Origin: Anaeramoeba ignava BMAN | Taxonomy: Eukaryota > Protista > Anaeramoebae | Length of the DNA: 64,000 nt | Direction: 5' to 3' | Assembly: GCA_028826165.1 (NCBI GenBank) | Contig: JAPDFW010000070.1 | Span: forward strand, 868,001 to 932,000 | Shown here: positions 28,201 to 39,799 of the stretch, one piece after another | Layout: each line of letters begins with the position of its first letter | Numbering within the stretch: position 1 is the stretch's first letter | Translations under genes and position numbers: made by a program | Notes under the pieces: model-generated | The model's database searches: none | What the model was told of the DNA's origin: nothing | The model's input: the letters and a program-made list of their open reading frames with translations, nothing else

Positions 28201-28441
28201 ATAATTTTACTAAATCTCTTAATCCATATAAAGATGATAAAAGCAATGCACCAGATGTTGCTTGAATATTTGGAGCATCTGAGTATTGCCAAGAAAATCC
28301 TCCATTATAAGGGTTTTGAAACTTATCTAAATTTGAAATAATTTGTTCATGAAGTAAGGAAATTGTTTGGGTTGTTTTTTCTGTTCCAACAAATAAGAAA
28401 AAACTGAAAAGAAAAAGGAAACTTAAAACTGTGAATTTCAT
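25253..28441 (-). CDS. 1000-aa type I membrane protein: prenyltransferase-like helical repeats, beta-rich middle, C-terminal TRAP-delta (SSR4)-like domain and TM
   Basis: Introns 28129-28210 and 27509-27612; signal peptide; Q.x.GGF repeats; C-terminus PTSYST...TIFVLSFELSC...NARLYASI...YQLTYSLDHEEAKTGIY...VSH...TM. Confidence 0.75.
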
Positions 28442-28695
28442 TTAAAAAAAGGAAAATGAAAAAAAAATTTGAAAAATTAAAAGAAAAATTAGTTTATTTT
28501 ATTCCCTTTGATTCTAAGAAAGGAAAAAAATGAAAAAAAAAAAATGAAAAAAAAAAATTAAAAAATAAAAATAAAAAAAAATTTTTTTTTCTCCTTTTTT
28601 ATTTATTTAATTAATTAAAAAAAAATTTTATATTTTTCTCCTTTTTAATTTTAATTTATTTTAATTTTAGAAAAAAGTGGAATGAAATTAATTAT

Positions 28696-30563
28696 TTAAA
28701 AATAAGGATGAAAACCTCCACGATAAGAAGGATGAAATGATCTAGAAGGATAAGAGAAACCGCGAGATCTTGTTCTTCCTCTTCCACGAGACCAAACTCT
28801 TCCGTATCCTCTTCCGTATCCTCTTCCTCTTCCTCTTCCTCTACTTCTTCCTCTTCCTCTTCCTCTCATTGTTTTTGGATAATTGGTTCTTTTTTCAGTT
28901 ACTGTTAATTCTAATCCTTGTAATTGATTTCCGTTTAATTTAAGTGCTTTTTCTACTGAATAAATGTCTTCAAATTCTATATATGCATGACTTAATGAAA
29001 AATCAAATTTTAAATTCAATTTAATATTTAATTTAATATTCAATTTAATTTAATTCAATTCAATTCAATTTAATATTTAATATTTAATATTTAATATTTA
29101 ATATTTAATTCAATTTTAATATTTAATATTAATTTAATTCAATTTAATATTTAATATTTAATATTTAATAATTCAATTTAATATTTAATATTTAATTCAA
29201 TTCAATTCAATTCAATTCAATTTAATTCAATTTAATTTAATATTTAATTCAATTCAATATTTAATATTTAATTCAATTCAATTCAATTCAATTCAATATT
29301 TCAATATTTAATTTTAATTTAAATTCAATTTAATTTATTTAATATTTAATTCAATTTAATATTCAATATTTAATTCAATTTTAATATATTTAATCAATTT
29401 AATATTTAATATTTAATATTTAAATTTCAATATTTTTAATATTTAATATTTTAATTCAATTCAATTTAATTTAATATTTAATTTAATATTTAATATTCAA
29501 TTTTTAATTCAATATTTCAATTAATCAATTCAATTCATTTATTTAATATTTTAATTTAATTTAATATTTAATTTTAATTTTAATATTTAATATTTAATAT
29601 TTAATTCAATTCAATTTAATATTTAATTCAATTCAATTCAATTTAATATTTAATTCAATTCAATTTAATATTTAATTCAATTCAATTCAATTCAATTCAA
29701 TTCAATTCAATTCAATTCAATTCAATTCAATATTTAATTCAATTCAATTCAATTCAATTCAATTCAAATGGTTAAATATTGTTGAAAAATTGTTTTGAAA
29801 TGTTTTTGTTTTTGTTTAAAAAGAGCTAAATCGGATCAATAAAAGAACATAAAAGAACATAAAAGAAGATAAAAGAACATAAAATAAAATAAAATAAACA
29901 ATACTTAATTGCAGGAATAGAAAGTTCATTTTTAAAAAGTTTAACAGTTTTAATTTCACCACAAGATTTAAAAAATTCAGTAAGATCTTCCTCAGAAACA
30001 CTTCCAGCAATATTTCCAACAAAAACAGATCTAGAATCTCTATTTAAAGGATAATCTAAAAAGAAATTAAAATTAAAATTAAAATTAAAATTAAAATTAA
30101 AATTAAAATTAAAATTAAAATTAAAATTAAAATTAAAATTTAAAATTATAATTAAAATTTAAATTAAAATTAATTAAAATTAAAATTAAAATTAAAATTA
30201 AAATTAAAATTAAAATTAAAATTAAAATTTAAAATTAAAATTAAAATTAAAATTAAAATTAAAATTAAAATTAAAATTAAAATTAAAATTAAAATTAAAA
30301 TTATAATCAAAATTAAAATTAAATTAAAATTAAAATTATAATTTAAATTGCATTTTACTTGATGGTGATTGTAATTCTCTTTCTAGTCTTTTTTCTTCTT
30401 TTTCTATTTGTTTCACACTTTCTTTTTCTTTTTTAATATCATCATCATATTCTTCTTCTATTTCTTCATCAATATTTTCAAAATCTTCTAATTCTTCTAA
30501 TGAAAAATCTTCTTTATTATTTTCTTTATTATTTTCTTTTTCTTTTTTATTTTTATTTTCCAT
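28696..30563 (-). CDS. PABPN1: Nuclear poly(A)-binding protein PABPN1-like (acidic/coiled coil, RRM, RG-rich tail)
   Basis: Spliced DSRSVFVGNI...FKSCGEI...HAYIEF...VTEKRTNYP...RGRG...FHPYF; both introns are repeat-filled. Confidence 0.8.
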
Positions 30564-30700
30564 TTGAAAAAAATGAAAAAAATGAAAATAAAAAAATTTG
30601 TTTTGAATTTATTTTTCAAATCAAAAAAATTCAAAAAAAAAAAAAATCCAAAAAAGAAGTAAAAAAAGAAATCAAAAAAAAAAAAAAGTGGAAAGAATTT

Positions 30701-33700
30701 TTAAACCAGTGAAATTTGCACTGGAATTCTTCTCTTATTGAAGAGAACATTACCCAAAACAGAAGAATTGCTATCAATTACAATAACGAGAGAATTTTGT
30801 TCTTTTTGAGAAATTTCGATCCCCAATTTTTCATCTTTTGCAAAAACAATATCAGAAGTTCCTTGAGGAACATTAGCAATACGAGTTAATTGACCACCTG
30901 AAATTTCGATTCTAACAGAATCTTTTGCCAAATCAACATGAGGTAATTGAACGTTAACAGGTGATTTTTGTTTTGGAGGAATGTTTTGGTTGGCGTTGAC
31001 AGGTGATTTTTGTTTTGGAGGAATGTTTTGGTTGGCATTGACAGGTGATTTTTGTTTTGGAGGAATGTTTTGGTTGGCATTGACAGGTGATTTTTGTTTT
31101 GAAGGAATATTTTGATTGGCATTGACAGGTGATTTTTGTTTTGGGGGATTAGTTTGATTATCTGGTGTTTTTCGGGGGATTGGTTTGCGTGATGGAAATT
31201 GTTTTGTTGGTTGATTTGGATTTTTTGGGTTTTGAGGAGGTTGATTAAATTTTCGAGGGAATTGAGTTGGAGTTTTTGGACCATCTGTTGGTAAATTAGT
31301 TTGTAAATTAGTTGGAGGTTTTGGATCATCCATTGGTAAATTAGTTGGAGGTTTTGGTCCATCCATTGGTAAATTAGTTGGAGGTTTTGGTCCATCTGTT
31401 GGTAAATTAGTTGGAGGTTTTGGTCCATCCATTGGTAAATTAGTTGGAGGTTTTGGACCATCTGTTGGTAAATTAGTTGGAGGTTTTGGACCATCTGTTG
31501 GTAAATTAGTTGGAGGTTTTGGACCATCCATTGGTAAATTAGTTGGAGGTTTTGGTCCATCTGTTGGTAAATTAGTTGGAGGTTTTGGTCCATCTATTGG
31601 TAAATTAGTTGGAGGTTTTGGACCATCTATTGGTAAATTAGTTGGTAAATTAGTTGGAGGTTTTGGACCATCCATTGGTAAATTAGTTGGAGGTTTTGGT
31701 CCATCTATTGGTAAATTAGTTGGAGGTTTTGGACCATCCATTGGTAAATTAGTTGGAGGTTTTGGACCATCTATTGGTAAATTAGTTGGTAAATTAGTTG
31801 GAGGTTTTGGTCCATCTATTGGTAAATTAGTTGGAGGTTTTGGACCATCTATTGGTAAATTAGTTGGAGGTTTTGGTCCATCTGTTGGTAAATTAGTTGG
31901 AGGTTTTGGTCCATCTAATATAAAATCATTCGGTATATCTGTTGGTGGTTTTGGACCATCCATTGGTAAATTAGTTGGTAAATTAGTTGGTGGTTTTGGT
32001 CCATCTAATATAAAATCATCCGGTATATCTGTTGGTGGTTTTGGTCCATCAACTCCAACTTCATGAATAAAATCTAATCCTTCTCCTTCGTTTTCTTCTT
32101 TTATTCCTAATGTCTTCATCATATGTTCCATTGGTGGTTTTTCTGAACGTGGTATGCTGTGATTTATTCGGATTTTGCTTTTTTCTTCTTTTGTTTCTTT
32201 TTTTTTGGTTGGCTTTTTTTTTGTTGGTTGTCGTTTTCTTTGTTTTGTTGCTCGTCTTTTTGGTCTTTTAATTGTTGTAAGTTTATGTGCAGTTTCTGTT
32301 TGTTTTTCAATTTGTTTTGCGATTATTTCTTCTTGGGACTAAAGAAATCAAGATTAATTTTAAATTTAATTTTAAATTTTAATTTTAATTTTAATTTTGA
32401 TTTTGATTTTAATTTAAATTTTAATTTTAATTTTAATTTTAATTTTAATTTTAATTTTAATTTTAATTTTAATTTTAATTTTGATTTTGATTTTAATTTT
32501 AATTTTAATTTTAATTTTAATTTTAATTTTAAATTTTAATTTTAATTTTAATTTTAATTTTAATTTTAATTTTAATTTTAAAATGAATTTTAATTTTAAT
32601 TATAAATTTTAATTTTAATATTAATTTTGATTATAATTTTGATTTTAATTTTAATTTTAAAATGAATTTTAATTTTGATTTTAATTTTAATTTGAATATG
32701 AATATTAATTTTAATTTTGATTTTAATTTTAATTTTAATTTTAATTATAATTTTAATTTTAATTTTAATTTTGATTTTAATTTTAATTTTAATTTTAAAT
32801 TTTAATTTTAAAATGAATTTTAAAATGAATTTTAAATTTAAAATCTACTTGAGCTTCTTGACAAACATCAGCAGGGAAATAACCTTTAATCTCTGAACCA
32901 ACAGGAGAACCAAACAACCAACCTTCACCAACATCTTCAAAAAGAAGTAATTCTTGACCAACTTGAAGTGACAGCTGACCATCACCACTTGCAACAAACT
33001 CTTTAACAACAACAACCTTAGTAAAATTATCTTGGTCCAAATCTTTTAATTGCAAAGTTTCTTCGAGTATTCTTTCTATGCTTTGGTCCCTCTTTTGCTG
33101 TTCTAATTTAGTGCTAACGGTCTGAAGAGAAACATCAGGAATACGATCAGGTGGTTTGATTTCAATATCAGAAAGTCTTAATTTAGGAGCGCTTGGTGAA
33201 CGCACTCCAAGTGGCATCTTTCCTCCAAGAAGTGCTGCAATATTTGCTTTTCTTGAATCGTGTTCCTGTTTTGAAATTCCAACTGAAACTGTTGTTGAAC
33301 TTCGATTTCGGTTCGATTTTCCTGAATTTTCTGATTCTGTTGTTTCTTCAAGAAATGATAGTTTTTTTTGATCTAATTTCTTTGGTTGTGTTTTTGTTGG
33401 TGGTGGACTTGGTGATTTATTCCCAGTTGGTGGTGGTTGTGGTCCTCGGTTGGGGTTTTGTCCACGAATTCCCATATTTCTGCGTTGAGTTGGTGATTCT
33501 TTTAAATTTAATTTTTTAAATTTTAAATAATTTTTCAAATAAATTTTAAATTGTTTTTCAAATTTAATTTTAAATTTTAAATTGTTTTTCAAATTTTTTT
33601 GTAAATTCTTTTTTAAATCTTTTTTAAATCTTTTGTAAATTCTTTTTCAAATTCTTTTTCAAATTTAATTTTAAATTCTAAATTGTTTTTTAAATTTTAA

Positions 33701-35445
33701 ATTGTTTTTTAAATTGTTTTTAAATTGTTTTGTAAATTGTTTTGTAAATCTTTTTCAAATTGTTTTTAAATTGTTTTTAAATTGTTTTTTAAATTGTTTT
33801 TTAAATTGTTTTTCAAATTTTAAATTCTTTTTTAAATTGTTTTTCAAATTCTTTTTTAAATTGTTTTTTAAATTATTTTGTAAATTCTTTTGTAAATTGT
33901 TTTGTAAATTCTTTTGTAAATTCTTTTGTAAATTGTTTTGTAAATTCTTTTTTAAATTGTTTTTTAAATTGTTTTTTAAATTGTTTTTTAAATTGTTTTT
34001 TAAATTGTTTTTAAATTGTTTTTTAAATTCTTTTTTAAATTGTTTTTTAAATTATTTTGTAAATTCTTTTGTAAATTGTTTTGTAAATTCTTTTGTAAAT
34101 TCTTTTCAAATTCTTTTTTAAATTGTTTTTTAAATTATTTTGTAAATTCTTTTTTAAATTATTTTGTAAATTGTTTTTTAAATTGTTTTTAAATTGTTTT
34201 TTAAATTCTAAATTGTTTTTTAAATTTTAAATTGTTTTTCAAATTGTTTTCAAATTGTTTTTCAAATTGTTTTTCAAATTTTAAATTGTTTTTTAAATTG
34301 TTTTGTAAATTGTTTTTTAAATTGTTTTTTAAATTGTTTTTTAAATTGTTTTTTAAATCTTTTTCTAAATTCTTTTGTAAATTGTTTTTCAAATTGTTTT
34401 TTAAATTGTTTTTCAAATTGTTTTTTAAATTTTAAATTGTTTTTTAAATTGTTTTGTAAGTTTTAAATTGTTTTGTAAATTCTTTTTTAAATTCTTTTGT
34501 AAATTGTTTTCAAATTTAATTTCAAATTTAATTTTAAATTGTTTTTAAATCTTTTGAAAATTTTTTTCTCAATTCTAAATTGTTCAAATCTTTTTTAAAT
34601 CTTTTGAGAATTTTTTTCATCATTTCAAAATGAAAAAAATTTTTCCCCAATTTTTAAAATAAAATAAAAAATAAAAAATAAAAAAAATAAAAAAAACAGT
34701 TACTTGGTTCAATAGGATTAGAAATAATTGAAGATCTAAGAATGCCAGATTTAGAGCGAGGACTTCGATTGCCACTTTGTTGTGGAATAGGAGGAAGCTG
34801 GAAGCCCTGACCTGTGGGGCTCTGGGGACTGGGAAGCGGAAGGGATTGATCATCAAAAATTGGAGGAGGCGGTAAAAATTCTGTCGAAATATCTGTTGGC
34901 GGTGGTGGTGGCGTAAATGTGTTCATAGAATCCGTGATTATGGGAGGAGGGATAACTGTTGGTAAATTCGAATTAGGTGGTTGAGGTGAATTTCCTTGAG
35001 ATTTTGAAGTGACTTCTTCGACATATGAACCTAATGGAAAGGATCAAATGATCAAGAAAAACAAAAAGAGAAAAAATATAGAAACATGGAATTAAAAGGA
35101 AACAAATATAAAGGAATGATTGAGTGATTCGGAAAATTAATTGGAGGGTTTTTTGATGGGAATTTGCTTACCGGGAAAATAGCCCTCTAAATTTCCTTTA
35201 GCTCCTCTCCACCAATCTCCTGCTTTATCGAGAAGGCGAATTCGTTCTCCCTTCTTGAAACTCAACTCCCGTTGAGAGTTTGCTGTATAGTCATATTTGG
35301 CAACTACGTAATTCCCCTCTTCCTTCTCTTCCTGTGCTTGGGGTGGTGTCGGTTGCTTTTTTTTGTCAGTTTGAGAATTTTTTTTATTTTGTTTTTCGTT
35401 TTGGTTTTGATTTTGCTTTTTTTTTTTGCGCCCAAATAATCCCAT
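30701..35445 (-). CDS. Dual-SH3, proline-rich adaptor protein, 4 exons
   Basis: SH3 #1 AKYDY...ELSF...DWW...GYFPG|SYVE; SH3 #2 KEFVASGDGQLSL...GWL...GYFPADVC; introns 35031-35171, 33499-34703 and 32339-32848. Confidence 0.85.
31270..32050 (-). repeat. Coding 33-nt minisatellite encoding DGPKPPTNLP(M/I/T), about 20 copies
   Basis: Visible in both the DNA and the translation. Confidence 0.95.
33499..34703 (-). repeat. Intron filled with a ~12-mer (TTTTTTAAATTG)n as read on the + strand
   Basis: GTAACT...AAAAG boundaries; accounts for the spurious FKLFF/KNNL ORFs. Confidence 0.9.
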
Positions 35446-36081
35446 TTTTATTTTATTTATTTTATTTCAATTTGATTTTTGTTTTTGTTTTTGAAAATGA
35501 AAATGAAAAAACACAAAAAGCAAAAAAAAAAATATAAAAGATAAAAGAAAAAAGAAAAAAGAAAAAATAGAAAATAGAAAATAGAAATAAAAAAATGAAT
35601 TTTTCAAAAACTGAAAAAAAATTTTTTTTAATTTTTAATTTTTAATTTTTAATTTTTAATTAATTTTTTGATAGATTTATTTAATTTTTATTTGATTAAA
35701 TTGTTTTTCTTTTATTTATTGATCTGGCAAAAAGAAAATTTAAAAATTAAAAAGAAAAATTTGAAATTAAAAAATGAGAAATATTAATAAAAAAAAAACT
35801 TCTTAAATTCACTGTTTGATTTCTTTTTAAAATCTTAATTAAAAAAAAAAGCAAAAAATAGGAAATTTTTTTGTTCCACTTTTTTTTTTCCTTTCAATTC
35901 ATTTTTTTTTTAGTTATTGGAAATTGAATGAAAAAAAAATGAAAAATGAAAAATGAAAAATGAAAAATGAAAAATGAAAAATGAAAGACAAAAGGTGTAG
36001 AAAAAAAAAATCAAAATCAAAATCAAATCAAATCAAATCAAATCAAAATTTCAAAAATTTCAAAAATTTGAAAAATTGAAA

Positions 36082-39000
36082 TTAAATTTTGATAATATTT
36101 GGAAATTGTTTCAAATCAATAAAGTGTTGAATTTGTTGAATCAAAAGTTCTTTAGTTGGTTTTGGATGTGAATATTGGAAACCAAGTTCAGTTTCAATTT
36201 TAGATCCATCAATAGAAAAAGGTTGATTAGTTATTTGTTCTGGTTCAAGGAATGGAGTAAAAGAAGATGATTTGATTCCATGTTGTTGGCATAATGCTGT
36301 CCATGGTTCTAGTAATTTATCACTTGTTTGTTCAGAAATCATTTGAAGTACTGGTGGTGTTATATCTCCTCCTGTCATATTTCCAAGAAATCCTGTTTGA
36401 ATTCCAAAGATCTCTCCAAGAAGTGTGTTTATATATGCTTGATCTAAAAATGAAAATTTAAAAATTTTTAATTTTCCAAATTTTTAATTTTCCAATTTTT
36501 AATTTTTGAATTTTTAATTTTCCAATTTTTAATTTTCCAATTTTTAATTTTCCAATTTTTAATTTTCCAATTTTTAATTTTCCAATTTTATTTTTAATTT
36601 TTAATTTTTGAATTTTTAATTTTCCAATTTTTAAATCATTTTTACCAGTTGAATTTTTATCCGAAATATTATAAATTTGATCTTTTTCACCTTTTTGTGA
36701 AAGAATCCATAAAGCTCTACTTACATCTTCAACATGAACAGTATTAATTTTAAGATTTCCATCCCAAAGAATATCCATTTGTTCAGAAATACTTTGATAA
36801 ACAGCAGCAATCATAAATCTTGGAGCTAAATATATAAATAAATATTATATTAAATATTATATTAAATATTATATTAAATATTATATTAAATAATATATTA
36901 AATATTAAATATTATATTAAATATTATATTAAATATTATATTAAATATTATATTAAATATTATATTAAATATTATATTAAATATTATATTAAATATTATA
37001 TTAAATATTATATTAAATATTTAAATAAATATTATATTAAATATTATATTAAATATTATATTAAATATTATATTAAATATTATATTAAATATTATATTAA
37101 ATATTATATTAAATATTATATTAAATATTATATTAAATATTATATTAAATATTATATTAAATATTATATTAAATATTATATTAAATATTATATTAAATAT
37201 TATATTAAATATTATATTAAATATTATATTAAATATTATATTAAATATTATAATAAATATTATATTAAATATTATATTAAATATTATATTAAATATTATA
37301 TTAAATATTATATTAAATATTATATTAAATATTATAATAAATATTATAATAAATATTATAATAAATATTATATTAAATGTTATATTAAATATTATATTAA
37401 ATATTATATTAAATATTATAAAAAATAATAAACAAATATTATATTAAAATAAATAAATATATAAATAAATATATATTAAAATATTATATTAAATATAAAT
37501 AAATTAAATATTATATTAAAAATATTATATTAAATATAATATAAAAATAAATAAATTAAATATTATAAATAAAAATATTATATATAAATATTATAATAAT
37601 ATAATAATTAAAATATTATATAATTAAATAAATAATATTAAAATATTATATATATATAAATATATATAATAAATATTATATATAATAAAATATTATATTA
37701 AATATTTAAAAATATATATTATAAATATAAATAAATATATATTAAATATAATATTAAAAATATAATAAATATTAAAATAATATATTAATTATTATATTAA
37801 AATTATATTAAAATGTTATATTAAAATATTATATTAAATATTATATTAAATATTATAATAAATATATATAAATAATATTATATATATATAATATATTAAA
37901 TATTATATTAAATAATATATTAAATATTATATTAAATAATTATATTAAATATTATATTAAATATTAAATATTATATTAAATATTATATAACAACAAATAT
38001 AAATATTAAATATTTATATTAAAAATATATATTAAAAATTAAATAAATATATTAAATATATTAAAAAAATTTAAATAAAATATATATTAAATATATATAT
38101 AAATATTAAATAAAAAATAAATATAAAAATATATTAAATATTATATTAAATATTATATTAAATATATTAAATATTATATTAAATATTATATTAAATATTA
38201 TATTAAATATTATATTAAATATAAATAAATAAATATTATATTAAATATTATATTAAATATATTATATTAAATATTAAATATTATATTAAATATTAAATAT
38301 TATATTAAATATTATATTAAATATTATATTAAATATTTAAATAAATATTATATTAAATATTATATTAAATATTATATTAAATATTATATTAAATATTATA
38401 TTAAATATTATATTAAATATTATATTAAATATTATATTAAATATTATATTAAATATTTAAATAAATATATTAAAGAAAAGCACTTGGATTATCAATAGTA
38501 AAAGAAATAAAAGAAATAAACTACATAAACCATTAACATCTCCAGGTCCATAAACAATAGAAGGACGAGCAATTACTAAACCAGGAACACCTTTCGATTT
38601 TAAAATTTCTTCACATTTTAAATGAAAATCACCAATTTTAGTTGAAGGATTAGTTGAAGAAGTTTCTTTTGCAGCATCCTTAATAATTTAAAGTTTGTAA
38701 ATTTAATTAAAATTTATGAGGAATTTTTGAATAAAATTATTTTGTTTTTAAATTGAATATATGAAAAAAAAAAACACTTATTGTTATTGTTTTAATTTTA
38801 ATCAATAATTTAATAAATAATAATAATCAAAATTAAAAAAATTTAAATTATGATCAGTTTAACTAATTTGATTTAAATTAAAATAAATTAAAATAATATT
38901 ATTATTACTATTATTAAAAAAACAAACAATTAAAATAAATAAATAATGATCTAAAAAAGGATTTCTCAAAAAAAAAAAAAAAAATCGAAAAAAAATCGCA

Positions 39001-39510
39001 AAAAAAAAATCAAAATCAAAATCAAAGTCAAAAAGTAAAAGAAAATATAAATCAAAGTCAAAAAGCAAAATAGAAACGAAAATAGAAATCAAAGTCAAAA
39101 ATAAATACATTAGAATTTTGATAGACTTGAGCAGAAGAAAGATAGATAAATTTTTGAACAGAAAATTCTTTAGCTAAATCACCGCAGACATTGACAACAT
39201 CGAGAAATTTCTGTTTATAAATGATGTCAGGTTGACCAAATTTAGAATCACCAGTTACACAAAAAACTATTTGGAATTTTTCGCTATCTTCAAAGCATTT
39301 GCTTGCTGAATCTTTAAGACCAAGATTTCCTTTTTTAAACTCAACTTTTTCAAACAAATTTTTCATTTCTTCTGAAAATCCTGCTATTAATGGCATTGTT
39401 TTATCGGCTACTCGTATTTTTGAACACAGCTCATTCTCTACTAAATACTTTACTAGGTATCTTCCTATAAATCCTGTTCCTCCAAGTATTAAAACTCTGG
39501 GTTTTGACAT
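36082..39510 (-). CDS. NAD-dependent epimerase/dehydratase (extended SDR), 4 exons
   Basis: LGGTGFIG, LSSAQVY, RPSIVYGPGD, VHVEDV, YNISD, IDGSKI..ELGF; introns 38679-39108, 36826-38524 and 36444-36645. Confidence 0.9.
36826..38524 (-). repeat. 1.7-kb intron filled with (ATTATATTAAAT)n
   Basis: Directly visible; GTAGTT...TTTAG boundaries. Confidence 0.9.
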
Positions 39511-39799
39511 TCAATTTTTTTTTTTTTTTTTTTTTTTTAATTAAAAAAATTTTTGTTATTGATTTTAATTTTTTCTTTTGGAAAAAAAAAATGTAAAGAA
39601 AAAAATTAGATCTCTTATGATTGTTGGTTTGCTTTTATTTCCAAAAAAAAAAAATTAAAAAAAAAAAAAAAAGAAGAAAAAAAAAAAAAAGAGGAAAAAT
39701 TTATTTTTTTATTTTTCATTTTTTCTTTTTATTTTTTCTTTTTATTTTTCCTAATTAAAAAATTTTAATTAAAAAATTTAATCAAAATTTATTATTTAA

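Noticed and set aside
30886-31593. Overlapping 235-aa ORF (MDQNLQLIYQ repeats)
   Set aside because: It is an alternative frame of the 33-nt coding minisatellite and is stop-free only because the unit is.
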